This document shows positions 27,806 to 37,397 of a stretch of DNA of 64,000 nt, piece by piece. The translations under genes and the position numbers were made by a program. Within the stretch, counting starts at the first letter, position 1; every line of letters starts with the position of its first letter. The notes beneath the pieces were generated by a model. That model searched no databases, had not been told where the DNA came from, and worked only from the letters and a program-made list of their open reading frames with translations. This DNA is from Myxococcota bacterium (GTDB taxonomy: Bacteria; Myxococcota_A; UBA796; UBA2385): assembly GCA_044344255.1 (NCBI GenBank), contig JBIJDH010000003.1, forward strand, positions 256,001 through 320,000, written 5' to 3'.

Positions 27806-29686
27806 TCAGGGGTCGAGCCAACGCCGGGCTTGACCCTCCTCCCAGCCGGCCCGCAGGGCGGCCCGCGAGCCCTCGTCCGGCGCGCTCACCGCGCTGGGAT
27901 CGCTGGTGGGCCCCCACTCTTCCCCGAGCCCGAAGCCGAAGCCCTCCCAGAAGGCCGGGGCGATCGCCGTGGGGACGGACGGAACCTCAAGCGACTTCGG
28001 TTGGGCAAAGGCGGTGATGTCGCTGGCGTAGCGCCGGCCGGCGGCCCAGGCGACGGCCCTGCGTAAGCGCGGGCTCCGGGCCTCCAAGAGGCGCGAGAGC
28101 TCGATCAGGGCCCGCTCGTCGTGCCGCTGGAGGGCGAGGGTCCAGTCCGCTCGTGCCCCTGCACGGCGAGCGGCGGCGGCCCGGAGCGCCGGCTCGATGA
28201 GCGGCTGCGTGTCCAGGTCGAGCGTCTCGAGGCGCGCCTCGGCGGCGGCCAGGGCGTCGACGCCGCCGGCCTCGTCGCCGTCCAACTGCTCGATCAGGGC
28301 CTCCCCGACGCCCTCGGCCCAGGCCTGGTCGGGCTCCCGCGGCTGCAGTCCCGCGAGCGAGGCGCCGCGGTCTGCGAGCAGTCGGTGGCTGAGGCTGTTC
28401 CGTCCGAGGGCGTAGGCGTGCAGGGCCTGCGAGCGTGGGTCCACCGAGCGGCAGGCCGCGTGCTCCTCATCGCGCAGCAGGTAGCTGACTTGGAGGCGGA
28501 GGCTCTCGAGGTCTACCGGATCCATCCGGGCGACCGAGACCGTCGGGAAGGGCCCCCGTAGGGCCTCGAGCCGCGCCGCCGCGCCGCTCAGCAGCACCGG
28601 GCCGATCAGCAGGGCGCGGGCGGCCGAGCTGCGGAGTCCGGCTGTCCCCAGGGCGAGGAGGAGGGCGATCAAGGGGTAGATCGGCGCCGCGTAGCGGAGG
28701 GATCCGGGACCTGCGATCTCCGGCCAAGGCGGATCGTAGATCTGAAAGCGCACGAGCGAGTAGGTGACGAGCCAGGCCCCGAGGAAGGCGAGGGGGACCC
28801 GGAGGGGCGGCCGTTGGAGCGCGAGCAGCAGGCCGCCCAGGATGGACGCGGCGGCCCCCCAGCCGAGCAGCCAGCCGCCGGGTGCGTATGGGAGCCCGAA
28901 CAGCGCGACGAGCTGGCCCGGGGTGAAGAGGGTGGCGAGCTTGTGGGGCAGCCGCGCGAGGGATGGGAGCGCTTCTCCCGGTTCATAGATCGTCACGAAG
29001 GGCTGGGTGTGCGCCGTCAGCCATTGGCCGAGCCACGGGCTGAGGCCGAGCCCGATTCCCACCAGCGTGGGCACGAGGAGCCGCGGCTGACGGCGGGCGA
29101 CGGGGAGGCAGAGGGTGGCGACCAAGGCCGGAGCGCCTGAAAAGGAGACCCAGGTGGCGAGACCGGCGAGCAGCCCGGCGAGCGCCGCGGTCCCAGGGCG
29201 CCCAGGGCCGAGCAGCACGAGCGCCGCCATCGCGCCGAGGGCGCCGGCCTCGACATGGTTTCCCCAGGCGATCAGGGAGAGGTGCAACGCTGCCGCAGGA
29301 GGGAGCGCCATGAGCGCGGCCCAGGTCGCGGGGCCGATCCTGTCCCCCCCTTCGGACAGCCGACGGAGGCCCACGGCGGTGAGTAGCGCCGTGAAGCCGA
29401 TGGGGACGAGCTTCCAGGCGAGCCAGCTTCGAGGCAGCAGCGAGAAGACCGCGGCGCCGAGCGCTGCGTCTAGCGTGCAGCCCCCACAAAAGTCGCGGTA
29501 TTGGAGCCGCCACAGCGCGTCGAGGTGCCCATGGAGCAGAAGCCAACCGTGGCCCGCGTTGTACATCTCCTCAGGGTCCCGCTCGACCAGGGCGGGGTTG
29601 AGCACCGCGAGCGCCTGAAGGAGCCCGATGGCGGTCGTGAGGGCGAAGATCGCAGGCCAACCGAGGGCGGCGCCGCGCTCAGCCAT
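27806..29686 (-). CDS. Polytopic membrane protein, GT-C-like glycosyltransferase
   Basis: Many TMs; acidic first loop 'ERDPEEMYN'; start likely ATG 29686. Confidence 0.5.
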   Translation of the reverse strand: MAERGAALGWPAIFALTTAIGLLQALAVLNPALVERDPEEMYNAGHGWLLLHGHLDALWRLQYRDFCGGCTLDAALGAAVFSLLPRSWLAWKLVPIGFTALLTAVGLRRLSEGGDRIGPATWAALMALPPAAALHLSLIAWGNHVEAGALGAMAALVLLGPGRPGTAALAGLLAGLATWVSFSGAPALVATLCLPVARRQPRLLVPTLVGIGLGLSPWLGQWLTAHTQPFVTIYEPGEALPSLARLPHKLATLFTPGQLVALFGLPYAPGGWLLGWGAAASILGGLLLALQRPPLRVPLAFLGAWLVTYSLVRFQIYDPPWPEIAGPGSLRYAAPIYPLIALLLALGTAGLRSSAARALLIGPVLLSGAAARLEALRGPFPTVSVARMDPVDLESLRLQVSYLLRDEEHAACRSVDPRSQALHAYALGRNSLSHRLLADRGASLAGLQPREPDQAWAEGVGEALIEQLDGDEAGGVDALAAAEARLETLDLDTQPLIEPALRAAAARRAGARADWTLALQRHDERALIELSRLLEARSPRLRRAVAWAAGRRYASDITAFAQPKSLEVPSVPTAIAPAFWEGFGFGLGEEWGPTSDPSAVSAPDEGSRAALRAGWEEGQARRWLDP

Positions 29687-30245
29687 CCGAAGGAGGGTCA
29701 CCCATCCGGGTGAGCATGAACCAGGCCGGGAAGGGCTTGCCCTTCTTGGTCGCCGCGCCGATCGTGCAGTGCCGGGAGACGCGCCGGAGGTGGTCGACCA
29801 GCTCCCCGAAGATGAGGCCGCGGGTGCCGCCGTTGTTGTCGATCAGCGCCGGGAATCCTGCGGGCACGTCGGCCGGCAGTCGGGTGTAGTCGACCCGAAG
29901 CTCAGCCCCCTCCTCCGCGCAGGTGAAATGACCGGGCCCGGAGACCCAGGCCACGATCGCCGGGTTGTGGTTGTACCCCTGAACCTGTCCGTTCCGGAGC
30001 ACGAAGCGCTTTTGAAAGCGAGTGAATGCAGGGAGGGAGTTCTGGCCCTCGTGGATCACGATCTCGCCTTCGGCGCCACCGAGGAGGCTCAGCGGGACGG
30101 CCTCACCCGCGGCCAGCGCGTACAACGCTCGGAGCTCCCCCCTCCCAAGGCCCCGCATCCAGTTCACCCGTTGGTCCGAGGTCGCCGCGTCGAGCGCCTG
30201 CCGGATCGGGGGGAGTGAATCGGAGAGCGAGGGGAGGGGGATCAC
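29679..30245 (-). CDS. Hypothetical protein
   Basis: Natural composition ('FTRFQKRF', 'LVDHLRRVS'); packed between co-oriented genes. Confidence 0.55.
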   Translation of the reverse strand: MIPLPSLSDSLPPIRQALDAATSDQRVNWMRGLGRGELRALYALAAGEAVPLSLLGGAEGEIVIHEGQNSLPAFTRFQKRFVLRNGQVQGYNHNPAIVAWVSGPGHFTCAEEGAELRVDYTRLPADVPAGFPALIDNNGGTRGLIFGELVDHLRRVSRHCTIGAATKKGKPFPAWFMLTRMGDPPSDG

Positions 30246-30251
30246 GGCGGC

Positions 30252-31037
30252 TCAGGAGGCGATGAGCTTGTTCAGCATGTCCGGAGTGATGCGCTGGGGG
30301 TGTCCGCGCCAGATGATCTTGCCGTTCTTGACCAGCGCGGCGGCTGGGATGCCGCTCACGTTGAAGAGCTCGGCGATCTTGCCGTTCTCCTTCGCGATCG
30401 GGTAGGTCACCTTGTTCTCCTTCAGGAACTCCTCGACCTTCTCCGGGGTCGAGCTCTTCGTGATGCGGGTGTAGCCGACCACCTTGAGGCCCTTGCCCTT
30501 GTACTCGTTGTAGGTGGCCTCGAGCTCGGGCACCTCCCGCTTGCAGTGCGGGCACCAGACCTCCCAGAAGACAACGAGGGTGGCGCCCTCGGAGAGCTCA
30601 CCGTCCTTGGCGGAGCCGATGAACCACTTCTCCACGTTGGAGTCGACCCCTGCGGGGAGCTCGCGGCCGAAGACCTCAAGCTCGGCCTTCATCCGGGAGG
30701 CGCTCTTGGCGGTGTTGGTGTCGCCGAAGTTCTCGAAGAGCTCGGCTACCTTGGCCTTGGCGGCCTCGGTCTCGCCCTTCTCCATGGCCTCGTTGGCGGC
30801 GGTGAAGAGCTCCTTGGCCTTTGCCTCCTTCGCCGGATCGGCCGCCGGAGCCGCGGCGCGGGCGCCCGGCTTGGACTCCAGGGTCTTCACCTTCTCCTCT
30901 AGGCCGACCACTCGGCTCTCCAAGTCTTTCACGCGATCTTCGGTCGCGCAGCTCGAGAGGAGGAGGCCGGAGGAGGCCAGGAGGAGGCCAATGCGGACGG
31001 ACCGCAGGCCGAATCGGGAGGTGAAGGGCGAGTTCAT
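30252..31037 (-). CDS. TlpA-family thiol-disulfide oxidoreductase lipoprotein
   Basis: Lipobox 'LLSSC', TPR-like helix, 'VVFWEVWCPHCKREVP', 'FNVSGIP'. Confidence 0.88.
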   Translation of the reverse strand: MNSPFTSRFGLRSVRIGLLLASSGLLLSSCATEDRVKDLESRVVGLEEKVKTLESKPGARAAAPAADPAKEAKAKELFTAANEAMEKGETEAAKAKVAELFENFGDTNTAKSASRMKAELEVFGRELPAGVDSNVEKWFIGSAKDGELSEGATLVVFWEVWCPHCKREVPELEATYNEYKGKGLKVVGYTRITKSSTPEKVEEFLKENKVTYPIAKENGKIAELFNVSGIPAAALVKNGKIIWRGHPQRITPDMLNKLIAS

Positions 31038-31164
31038 GCGATGACCCTCGGATCGAATGGGGGGCCCACGTAGCCCAAGATCAGGTAGACCTGCAAGTCG
31101 TCGGGGCTGGCGCTTGCGATGGATGACGACACGGGATACCCCGCCGGCCTTCCGAGAGCTGAAG

Positions 31165-31668
31165 ATGCTGGAAGCGGTCCTGTTCTACCTGCTGGCCATC
31201 GGTGCCATCGTCGCTGGGATCACGGTGGTCACCCGCCGGAACGCGATCTCGTCTGCGGTGGCCCTTGTCGTCTGCTTCTTCTTCCTCTCCGGTTTGTACG
31301 TCCTGTTGGACGCGCACTTCGTGGCGGTCACACAGATCCTGGTCTACGCCGGCGCCATCATGGTGCTGTTCATCTTCGTGATCATGCTGCTCAACCTTCG
31401 GGGTGACGGCGCGAAGCTGATCGGCGACCTACCGGCGCGCGGCGTGTTCGGGCTGGCCGCGGCGGGGCTCACCGGCCTCGGGCTGCTGGTCGCGTTGGAG
31501 GCCGTCCTCCATGAAGACTTTGGCTCCGCGCCCGGAGACTTCGGTACGATTGAGTCCGTCGGAATGGCGCTCTTCGGGGGCGCTTACCTCCTGCCCTTCG
31601 AGATCGCCTCCGCTCTGCTCACGGTCGCGATGATCGGGGCGGTGGTGTTGGCCAAGCGGGAGATTTGA
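31165..31668 (+). CDS. nuoJ: NADH-quinone oxidoreductase subunit J
   Basis: 'QILVYAGAIMVLFIFVIMLL', 'YLLPFEIASALLTVAMIGAVVLA'. Confidence 0.95.
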   Translation: MLEAVLFYLLAIGAIVAGITVVTRRNAISSAVALVVCFFFLSGLYVLLDAHFVAVTQILVYAGAIMVLFIFVIMLLNLRGDGAKLIGDLPARGVFGLAAAGLTGLGLLVALEAVLHEDFGSAPGDFGTIESVGMALFGGAYLLPFEIASALLTVAMIGAVVLAKREI

Positions 31669-31976
31669 TGGAACAGGTCGGACTCTTCCCGGTCCTCGCG
31701 GTGAGCGCGGTGATGTTCGTCACTGGCGCGGCCGGCGTGTTGACCCGAAAGAACGCGCTCATCGTCTTGATGAGCGTCGAGCTCATGCTCAACGCCGCAA
31801 ACCTCGCCTTCGTCGCGTTCGCCCGGCATCAGGGTGGCGTGGACGGGCATGTCTTCGCGGTCTTTGTCATGGCCATCGCCGCGGCTGAGGCGGCGGTGGG
31901 GTTGGCACTCGTCATCTTGGTGTTCCGACACAAGGTGTCGGTGAACCTCGAGGACTTCAACATTCTCAAGGGTTGA
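31668..31976 (+). CDS. nuoK: NADH-quinone oxidoreductase subunit K
   Basis: 'LMSVELMLNAANL', 'IAAAEAAVGLAL'. Confidence 0.96.
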   Translation: MEQVGLFPVLAVSAVMFVTGAAGVLTRKNALIVLMSVELMLNAANLAFVAFARHQGGVDGHVFAVFVMAIAAAEAAVGLALVILVFRHKVSVNLEDFNILKG

Positions 31977-31979
31977 GCC

Positions 31980-34160
31980 TTGTCGCCGTCTCTCATCGCG
32001 CTCATCCCCGCCTTCCCTCTGTTGGGGGCGATCGTCCTCGGGCTGCTCAACCGCCGGGCTTCCCGTACGGTCGCGGGCGGCATCGCCACCGCCATGGTCG
32101 CCATCAGCGCCCTCCTGTCGTTCTGGGCGCTGAAGACCTTGACTGGACTCCACGGTGCGGAGGGTGAGGCCCCGCGCCTCGCCCATACGCTCTACTCGTG
32201 GTTGGCCGTCGGCGAGCTCAAGGTGGACATCGGCTTCGTCGCGGATCCGCTGTCGGCCACGATGATGTGTGTCATCACGGGCGTCGGCTCGCTGATTCAC
32301 CTCTACTCCATCGGGTATATGGACGAAGACAAGGACGCGAGCAGCGTGTGGCGCTTCTTCGCCTACCTGAACCTGTTCGTCTTCTCGATGCTCCTGCTCG
32401 TCATGGGGAGCAACTTCATCCTGATGTTTGTGGGCTGGGAAGGTGTGGGGCTGTGCAGCTACCTGCTGATCGGCTTCTGGTACGAGAACACCGACTACGC
32501 CGCGGCGGGCAAGAAGGCCTTCATCACCAACCGGGTGGGTGACTTCAGCTTCATCCTCGGTCTCTTCTGGCTCTTCTGGGCGCTCGGCGACAAGGCTACG
32601 GTCGATTTTGTCGAGCTGCAGGCTGTGGTCGCGGCTAACCCGAACCTCGTCGGTGGCCTGGGCGGCTGCGCGATCACCTGCATCTGCCTCCTCTTCTTTG
32701 GGGGCGCCACGGGCAAGAGCGCCCAGCTGCCGCTCTTCGTCTGGCTGCCAGATGCGATGGCCGGACCGACTCCGGTCTCCGCCCTCATCCATGCGGCGAC
32801 GATGGTGACCAGCGGCATCTACATGATCTGCCGGCTGAACTTCCTCTATACGCTCGCTCCGGTGGCGATGGGCGTGGTTGCCACGATTGGCGCCTTGACG
32901 GCCCTCTTCGCCGCCACCATCGCGATCAGCCAGAATGACATCAAGAAGGTCCTCGCGTACTCGACGGTCTCCCAGCTTGGGTACATGTTCCTGGGTGTCG
33001 GTACGGGCGGCTTCGTCGCCGGCTTCTTTCATGTGATGACCCACGCCTTCTTCAAGGCGCTGCTCTTCCTCGGCGCGGGTGCGGTGATCCACGCGCTCCA
33101 CCACGAGCAGGACATGCGGAACATGGGCGGCCTCCGTAAGAAGATGCCCATCACCTTCCTCGTGTTCTGCGCGGGTTGGCTCGCGATCATCGGCCTTCCG
33201 GGGCTGTCGGGCTTCTTCTCGAAGGACGAGATCCTCTGGCTCACCTGGGTGACTCCTCCCGCCCAGCTCGGCGTCGACTTCCCGCTACCGAAGATCTTGT
33301 GGGCGATCGGCGCGATCACAGCGGTGCTGACGGCCTTCTACATGAGCCGCTTGATGTTCATGACCTTCTTCGGCGAGTACCGGGGCGGCCATGGTCACGG
33401 CGGCCATGGTCAAGGCGACCATGGGGGTGGAGCCCACGGGCACGCTGCCGCTAGCGGCGATGCCCATGGACACGGTGGTCACAGCCCACACGAGGTGGGT
33501 CCGATCCTCTGGATCCCCCTCGCGATCCTCGCGCTGCTCTCGGTCTTCGGTGGGCTGTTCAACCTCCCGCACTGGGCCCCCGATGTGCTGCCCAAGGAGG
33601 CGCTGCATCACTTCATGGAGCCCATCTTCGCGGCCTCGAACCGCCTGTTGGCCCATGAGTATGGCTTCATGCAGTTCGCGGCGGAGCACGGTGCGGCCCA
33701 CGGAGAGGTCGCCGCGGCGGCCGTGGCGGAGGTCGAGGCAGGCGCGCCTGACGCATCCCATGAGATCCCGCTGATGGTGGCGCTGCTGTCGCTCATCGCC
33801 CTGTCGGTCTGGCTGGCGGCCGAGCTCTACATTCGCCGACCGAAGGACGTCGCGGCGGTGGTGGACGAGCTCCCCACCGCCCTCGTCCAAGGCTCTCGCA
33901 ACAAGTGGTACGTGGACGAGATCTACGGCGCCCTGATCATTCAGCCCATCGTGTTCGTGAGCCGGCACGTCCTGTCGCCGATCGTGGACGCGGGCATCAT
34001 CGATGGCATCGTGAACGGCGTCGGCTCTGCCGCCCGAGGCGTCGGTGGCTGGTACAGCCGCTCGGTGCAGATCGGGCAGGTGCAGGCCTACGCCCTGGCC
34101 ATCGCGGGTGGTACCGCGGTCATCGTCGTCTGGGTCGCCCTGTCGGCTGTGGGGTCGTAA
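31980..34160 (+). CDS. nuoL: NADH-quinone oxidoreductase subunit L
   Basis: 'GWEGVGLCSYLLIGFW', 'GKSAQLPLFVWLPDAMAGPTPVSALIHAATMV'. Confidence 0.97.
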   Translation: MSPSLIALIPAFPLLGAIVLGLLNRRASRTVAGGIATAMVAISALLSFWALKTLTGLHGAEGEAPRLAHTLYSWLAVGELKVDIGFVADPLSATMMCVITGVGSLIHLYSIGYMDEDKDASSVWRFFAYLNLFVFSMLLLVMGSNFILMFVGWEGVGLCSYLLIGFWYENTDYAAAGKKAFITNRVGDFSFILGLFWLFWALGDKATVDFVELQAVVAANPNLVGGLGGCAITCICLLFFGGATGKSAQLPLFVWLPDAMAGPTPVSALIHAATMVTSGIYMICRLNFLYTLAPVAMGVVATIGALTALFAATIAISQNDIKKVLAYSTVSQLGYMFLGVGTGGFVAGFFHVMTHAFFKALLFLGAGAVIHALHHEQDMRNMGGLRKKMPITFLVFCAGWLAIIGLPGLSGFFSKDEILWLTWVTPPAQLGVDFPLPKILWAIGAITAVLTAFYMSRLMFMTFFGEYRGGHGHGGHGQGDHGGGAHGHAAASGDAHGHGGHSPHEVGPILWIPLAILALLSVFGGLFNLPHWAPDVLPKEALHHFMEPIFAASNRLLAHEYGFMQFAAEHGAAHGEVAAAAVAEVEAGAPDASHEIPLMVALLSLIALSVWLAAELYIRRPKDVAAVVDELPTALVQGSRNKWYVDEIYGALIIQPIVFVSRHVLSPIVDAGIIDGIVNGVGSAARGVGGWYSRSVQIGQVQAYALAIAGGTAVIVVWVALSAVGS

Positions 34161-35773
34161 TGGACCACCTCCTCAGCATCGTCACCTTCCTCCCTCTGCT
34201 CGGCGCGCTGGCTTGTTTCCTGACGCCCGGCGAGGTCGCCAAGAAGCTGGCCCTCGCCGTGTCAGGGCTCACGTTCTTCGCGTCCCTGCCCCTCTGGCGG
34301 ATGTACGACCCCGCCGCAAAGGGCCCCATCCCTGGGTGGGAGACCTTTCAGGCGGTGGAAGGTCCATATCCGTGGATCAAGGATCTTGGAATCTCGTACT
34401 ACGTCGGCATCGACGGGGTCGCGCTCCTGCTGGTCCTGCTCACCACCTTCCTGACGCCCATCGTCATCTTCTCGAGCTTCAACAATGTGAAGGAGAAGGT
34501 GCACCAGTACATGGGCTTCATGCTGATGTTGGAGACGGGCATGCTCGGGGCCTTCGTGGCGCTCGACACGTTCCTCTTCTACGTGTTTTGGGAGCTCATG
34601 CTCATCCCGATGTACTTCATCATCGGCATGTGGGGTGGCCCGAAGCGCATCTACGCGACGGTCAAGTTCTTTATCTACACGATGCTCGGCTCGCTGCTGA
34701 TGCTGGTGGCGATCCTCGGCCTGTACGTGGCGCACCATGACCAGCTCCACACTTGGTCGGCCAACATCTTCGAGCTCTACAAGGTCAGCGTGGGCTACCG
34801 CGATCAGCTCTGGATGTTTGGCTTCTTCGCGCTGGCCTTCGCGATCAAGGTCCCGATGTTTCCGGTCCACACCTGGCTCCCGGACGCCCACGTTGAGGCG
34901 CCGACCGGCGGCTCCGTGATCCTCGCCGGTGTGCTCCTCAAGCTGGGGACCTTTGGCTTCCTCCGGTACGCGATGCCGCTCTTCCCCGAGGCGGCACACA
35001 CCTACGCGCCGCTGCTCATCGGCCTCTCGGTGGTGGGCATCATCTACGGCGCGCTCGTCGCGATGGTGCAGAGTGACATCAAGAAGCTCGTCGCCTACTC
35101 CTCGGTGAGCCACATGGGCGTCGTGATGCTGGGCCTCTTCGCGATGAACGCCGAGGGGGTCAGCGGCGCGGTCTACCAGATGCTCAGCCACGGCATCTCG
35201 ACCGGCGCGCTCTTCCTCCTGGTCGGTGTGATGTACGAACGTCGCCACACCCGGGCCATCTCGGAGTACGGGGGCCTCGCCTCCGTGGTGCCGGTCTACA
35301 GCTTCTTGCTCGTGGTGGTCACCTTCTCTTCGATCGGCCTGCCGGGTATGAACGGCTTCGTCGGGGAGCTCCTGGTGCTCCTCGGCAGCTTTGGCCCCCA
35401 CCCGGTCGCGACCTCCTTCGCCGCGACGGGGGTGATCCTGGGCGCCGTCTACATGTTGTGGATGGTTCAGCGGGTGGTCTTCGGTCCGCTCACTCACCAT
35501 GAGAACAAGAAGCTCGAGGACATCAACGGCGCCGAGCTGACCTACATGGTCCCGCTCATCGCGCTCATCTTCCTCATGGGCTTGTTCCCGGGTCCGATCC
35601 TGTCGAAGATGGCGCCCTCCATCGACCGGGTGCTGGTCGAGATGGACGCCGCCGAGCGGGTCTTCCTGCTGGCCGACACCACGGCCTCGGGCCAGGAGCA
35701 CACCACGGCCTCGGGCCAGGAGCACACCACGGCCTCGGGCCAGGAGCACAGTGCCGCTCCAGGAGAGAACTGA
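34160..35773 (+). CDS. nuoM: NADH-quinone oxidoreductase subunit M
   Basis: 'FYVFWELMLIPMY', 'HTWLPDAHVEAPTGGSVILAGVLLKLG'; TAATG coupling to nuoL. Confidence 0.97.
   Translation: MDHLLSIVTFLPLLGALACFLTPGEVAKKLALAVSGLTFFASLPLWRMYDPAAKGPIPGWETFQAVEGPYPWIKDLGISYYVGIDGVALLLVLLTTFLTPIVIFSSFNNVKEKVHQYMGFMLMLETGMLGAFVALDTFLFYVFWELMLIPMYFIIGMWGGPKRIYATVKFFIYTMLGSLLMLVAILGLYVAHHDQLHTWSANIFELYKVSVGYRDQLWMFGFFALAFAIKVPMFPVHTWLPDAHVEAPTGGSVILAGVLLKLGTFGFLRYAMPLFPEAAHTYAPLLIGLSVVGIIYGALVAMVQSDIKKLVAYSSVSHMGVVMLGLFAMNAEGVSGAVYQMLSHGISTGALFLLVGVMYERRHTRAISEYGGLASVVPVYSFLLVVVTFSSIGLPGMNGFVGELLVLLGSFGPHPVATSFAATGVILGAVYMLWMVQRVVFGPLTHHENKKLEDINGAELTYMVPLIALIFLMGLFPGPILSKMAPSIDRVLVEMDAAERVFLLADTTASGQEHTTASGQEHTTASGQEHSAAPGEN
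35676..35750 (+). repeat. In-frame 24-bp perfect tandem repeat x3 in the nuoM 3' end (TTASGQEH)
   Basis: acaccacggcctcgggccaggagc occurs three times in tandem. Confidence 0.95.
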
Positions 35774-35774
35774 G

Positions 35775-37271
35775 ATGATGAGCTTCTCTCCCGCTGAGCT
35801 CAAGCTCATCGGCCCCATGGTTGTCCTCTTCGTGTTCGGCATGTTGGCCATGGTCCTGCCTTTCACGAAGCTCATGAGCGGTCGTAACGGCACCGGTGGT
35901 GTGGCGACGATGACCGGGATCGGCTTCGTCACCGCTCTCGGGATGGCTGTGCTCCAGTTCCGAGGTCTCGAGGTGTCGCGGGAGGCCTTCAGCGGGATGG
36001 TGGCGGTGGACGGCTACGCGCTGTTCATCCACATCGTCATCTTGCTGGCTGGCCTCGGCTCGCTGGTCGTCGGTCACGACTACCTTCGGCGCGTCGGTGT
36101 CGCGGTCCCGGAGTACTACTCGCTCCTGTCGTTCACGGCGCTGGGGATGATGCTGCTCGCCTCTTCCGGCGACCTCATCATGCTCTTCGTCGCCCTGGAG
36201 GTGATGAGCGTGGGGCTCTATGTGCTCTGTGGCATCAACCGAGGGGAGTGGCGCGCGGTCGAAGGGGCCTTCAAATACCTCATCCTCGGCGCCTTCTCGT
36301 CGGCGATCATGGTGTACGGCATCGCCTACATCTATGGCGCCACCGGCACCACCCGGCTCACCGTCATCGCCGAGTGGTTCGCGGCCGGGCACACGCTGCA
36401 CGACTCGCCCATCCTCGCCGTTGGCCTCGGCATGCTGGTGGTGGGTTTCGCCTTCAAGGTGGCCGCCTTCCCCTTTCATATGTGGAGCCCGGACGTCTAC
36501 CAGGGCGCGCCAACCTCGGTCACGCTCTGGATGGCCTCAGGTGTGAAGGCGGCGGCCTTCGCGGCCTTCGGTCGTGTGCTCTTCGTCGGGTTCTTGCACG
36601 CCAAGGAAGAGTGGGTGGCCGTCCTGTGGACGCTCTCCGCGCTGTCGATGGTCGGCGGGAACGTGGCGGCCCTCGTGCAGACCGACCTCAAGCGGATGCT
36701 GGCCTTCAGCTCGGTCGGACACGCAGGCTACCTCTTGATGGCGCTCGTGGCGGCACCGGAGGGCGGCCTCGCAGAGAACCCCCGCATGGGCGGCCTGCTC
36801 TTTTACCTGTTGGCGTACACCGTCATGAACATCGGCGCCTTCGCCGCTGTGAGCATGCTCACCAAAGACGGGGCGGACGACACCCGCATCGAGCGCCTCG
36901 CAGGGTTGGGCGCTCGTAAGCCTGTGCTCGCCCTCGCGCTCACGGTCTGTCTGTTCTCCCTCGCGGGCATCCCGCCCACCATGGGCTTCGTCGGCAAGTT
37001 CTACCTCTTCGCCTCGGTGATCGAGGGCGGTCACACCGGACTGGCCATCGTTGGCGCGCTCTCCGGGGCCTTGGGCGTCTACTATTACCTCCGGCCGATG
37101 GTGCTGATGTACATGCGCCCGTCGCCGGCCGACGCGCCCGTCGAGTCCACCAGCCCCAGCTCGACCTGGGCCCTGTGCGGAGCGGCTGCGGTGCTGCTCC
37201 TCCTTGGCCTGATGCCGGGGATGGTGGTGGACTGGGCTCGGTCCTCGGTGCTCTCGATCTTCGCGGGCTGA
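35775..37271 (+). CDS. nuoN: NADH-quinone oxidoreductase subunit N
   Basis: 'FKVAAFPFHMWSPDVYQGAPT', 'SLAGIPPTMGFVGKFYLF'. Confidence 0.96.
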   Translation: MMSFSPAELKLIGPMVVLFVFGMLAMVLPFTKLMSGRNGTGGVATMTGIGFVTALGMAVLQFRGLEVSREAFSGMVAVDGYALFIHIVILLAGLGSLVVGHDYLRRVGVAVPEYYSLLSFTALGMMLLASSGDLIMLFVALEVMSVGLYVLCGINRGEWRAVEGAFKYLILGAFSSAIMVYGIAYIYGATGTTRLTVIAEWFAAGHTLHDSPILAVGLGMLVVGFAFKVAAFPFHMWSPDVYQGAPTSVTLWMASGVKAAAFAAFGRVLFVGFLHAKEEWVAVLWTLSALSMVGGNVAALVQTDLKRMLAFSSVGHAGYLLMALVAAPEGGLAENPRMGGLLFYLLAYTVMNIGAFAAVSMLTKDGADDTRIERLAGLGARKPVLALALTVCLFSLAGIPPTMGFVGKFYLFASVIEGGHTGLAIVGALSGALGVYYYLRPMVLMYMRPSPADAPVESTSPSSTWALCGAAAVLLLLGLMPGMVVDWARSSVLSIFAG

Positions 37272-37290
37272 TCGCTTTCCAGCATCCGGT

Positions 37291-37320
37291 TTGCGAGGGC
37301 GGTGCGCGCCCAGGTATACT
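37291..37320 (+). promoter_or_regulatory. Possible sigma70-type promoter for the lipoprotein cluster
   Basis: TTGCGA-N18-TATACT in the gap between nuoN and the ATG at 37398. Confidence 0.3.
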
Positions 37321-37397
37321 GGTGGCTCGGTGCCTCGCACTCCGCCCGTCGTGTGGAGGGTCGCGGGGCGCCTGGAACGCTTCAGCAGGGGCCCCTC

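Noticed and set aside
35676..35750. 24-bp repeats as CRISPR or att site
   Set aside because: Contiguous in-frame coding repeat without spacers or a nearby integrase.
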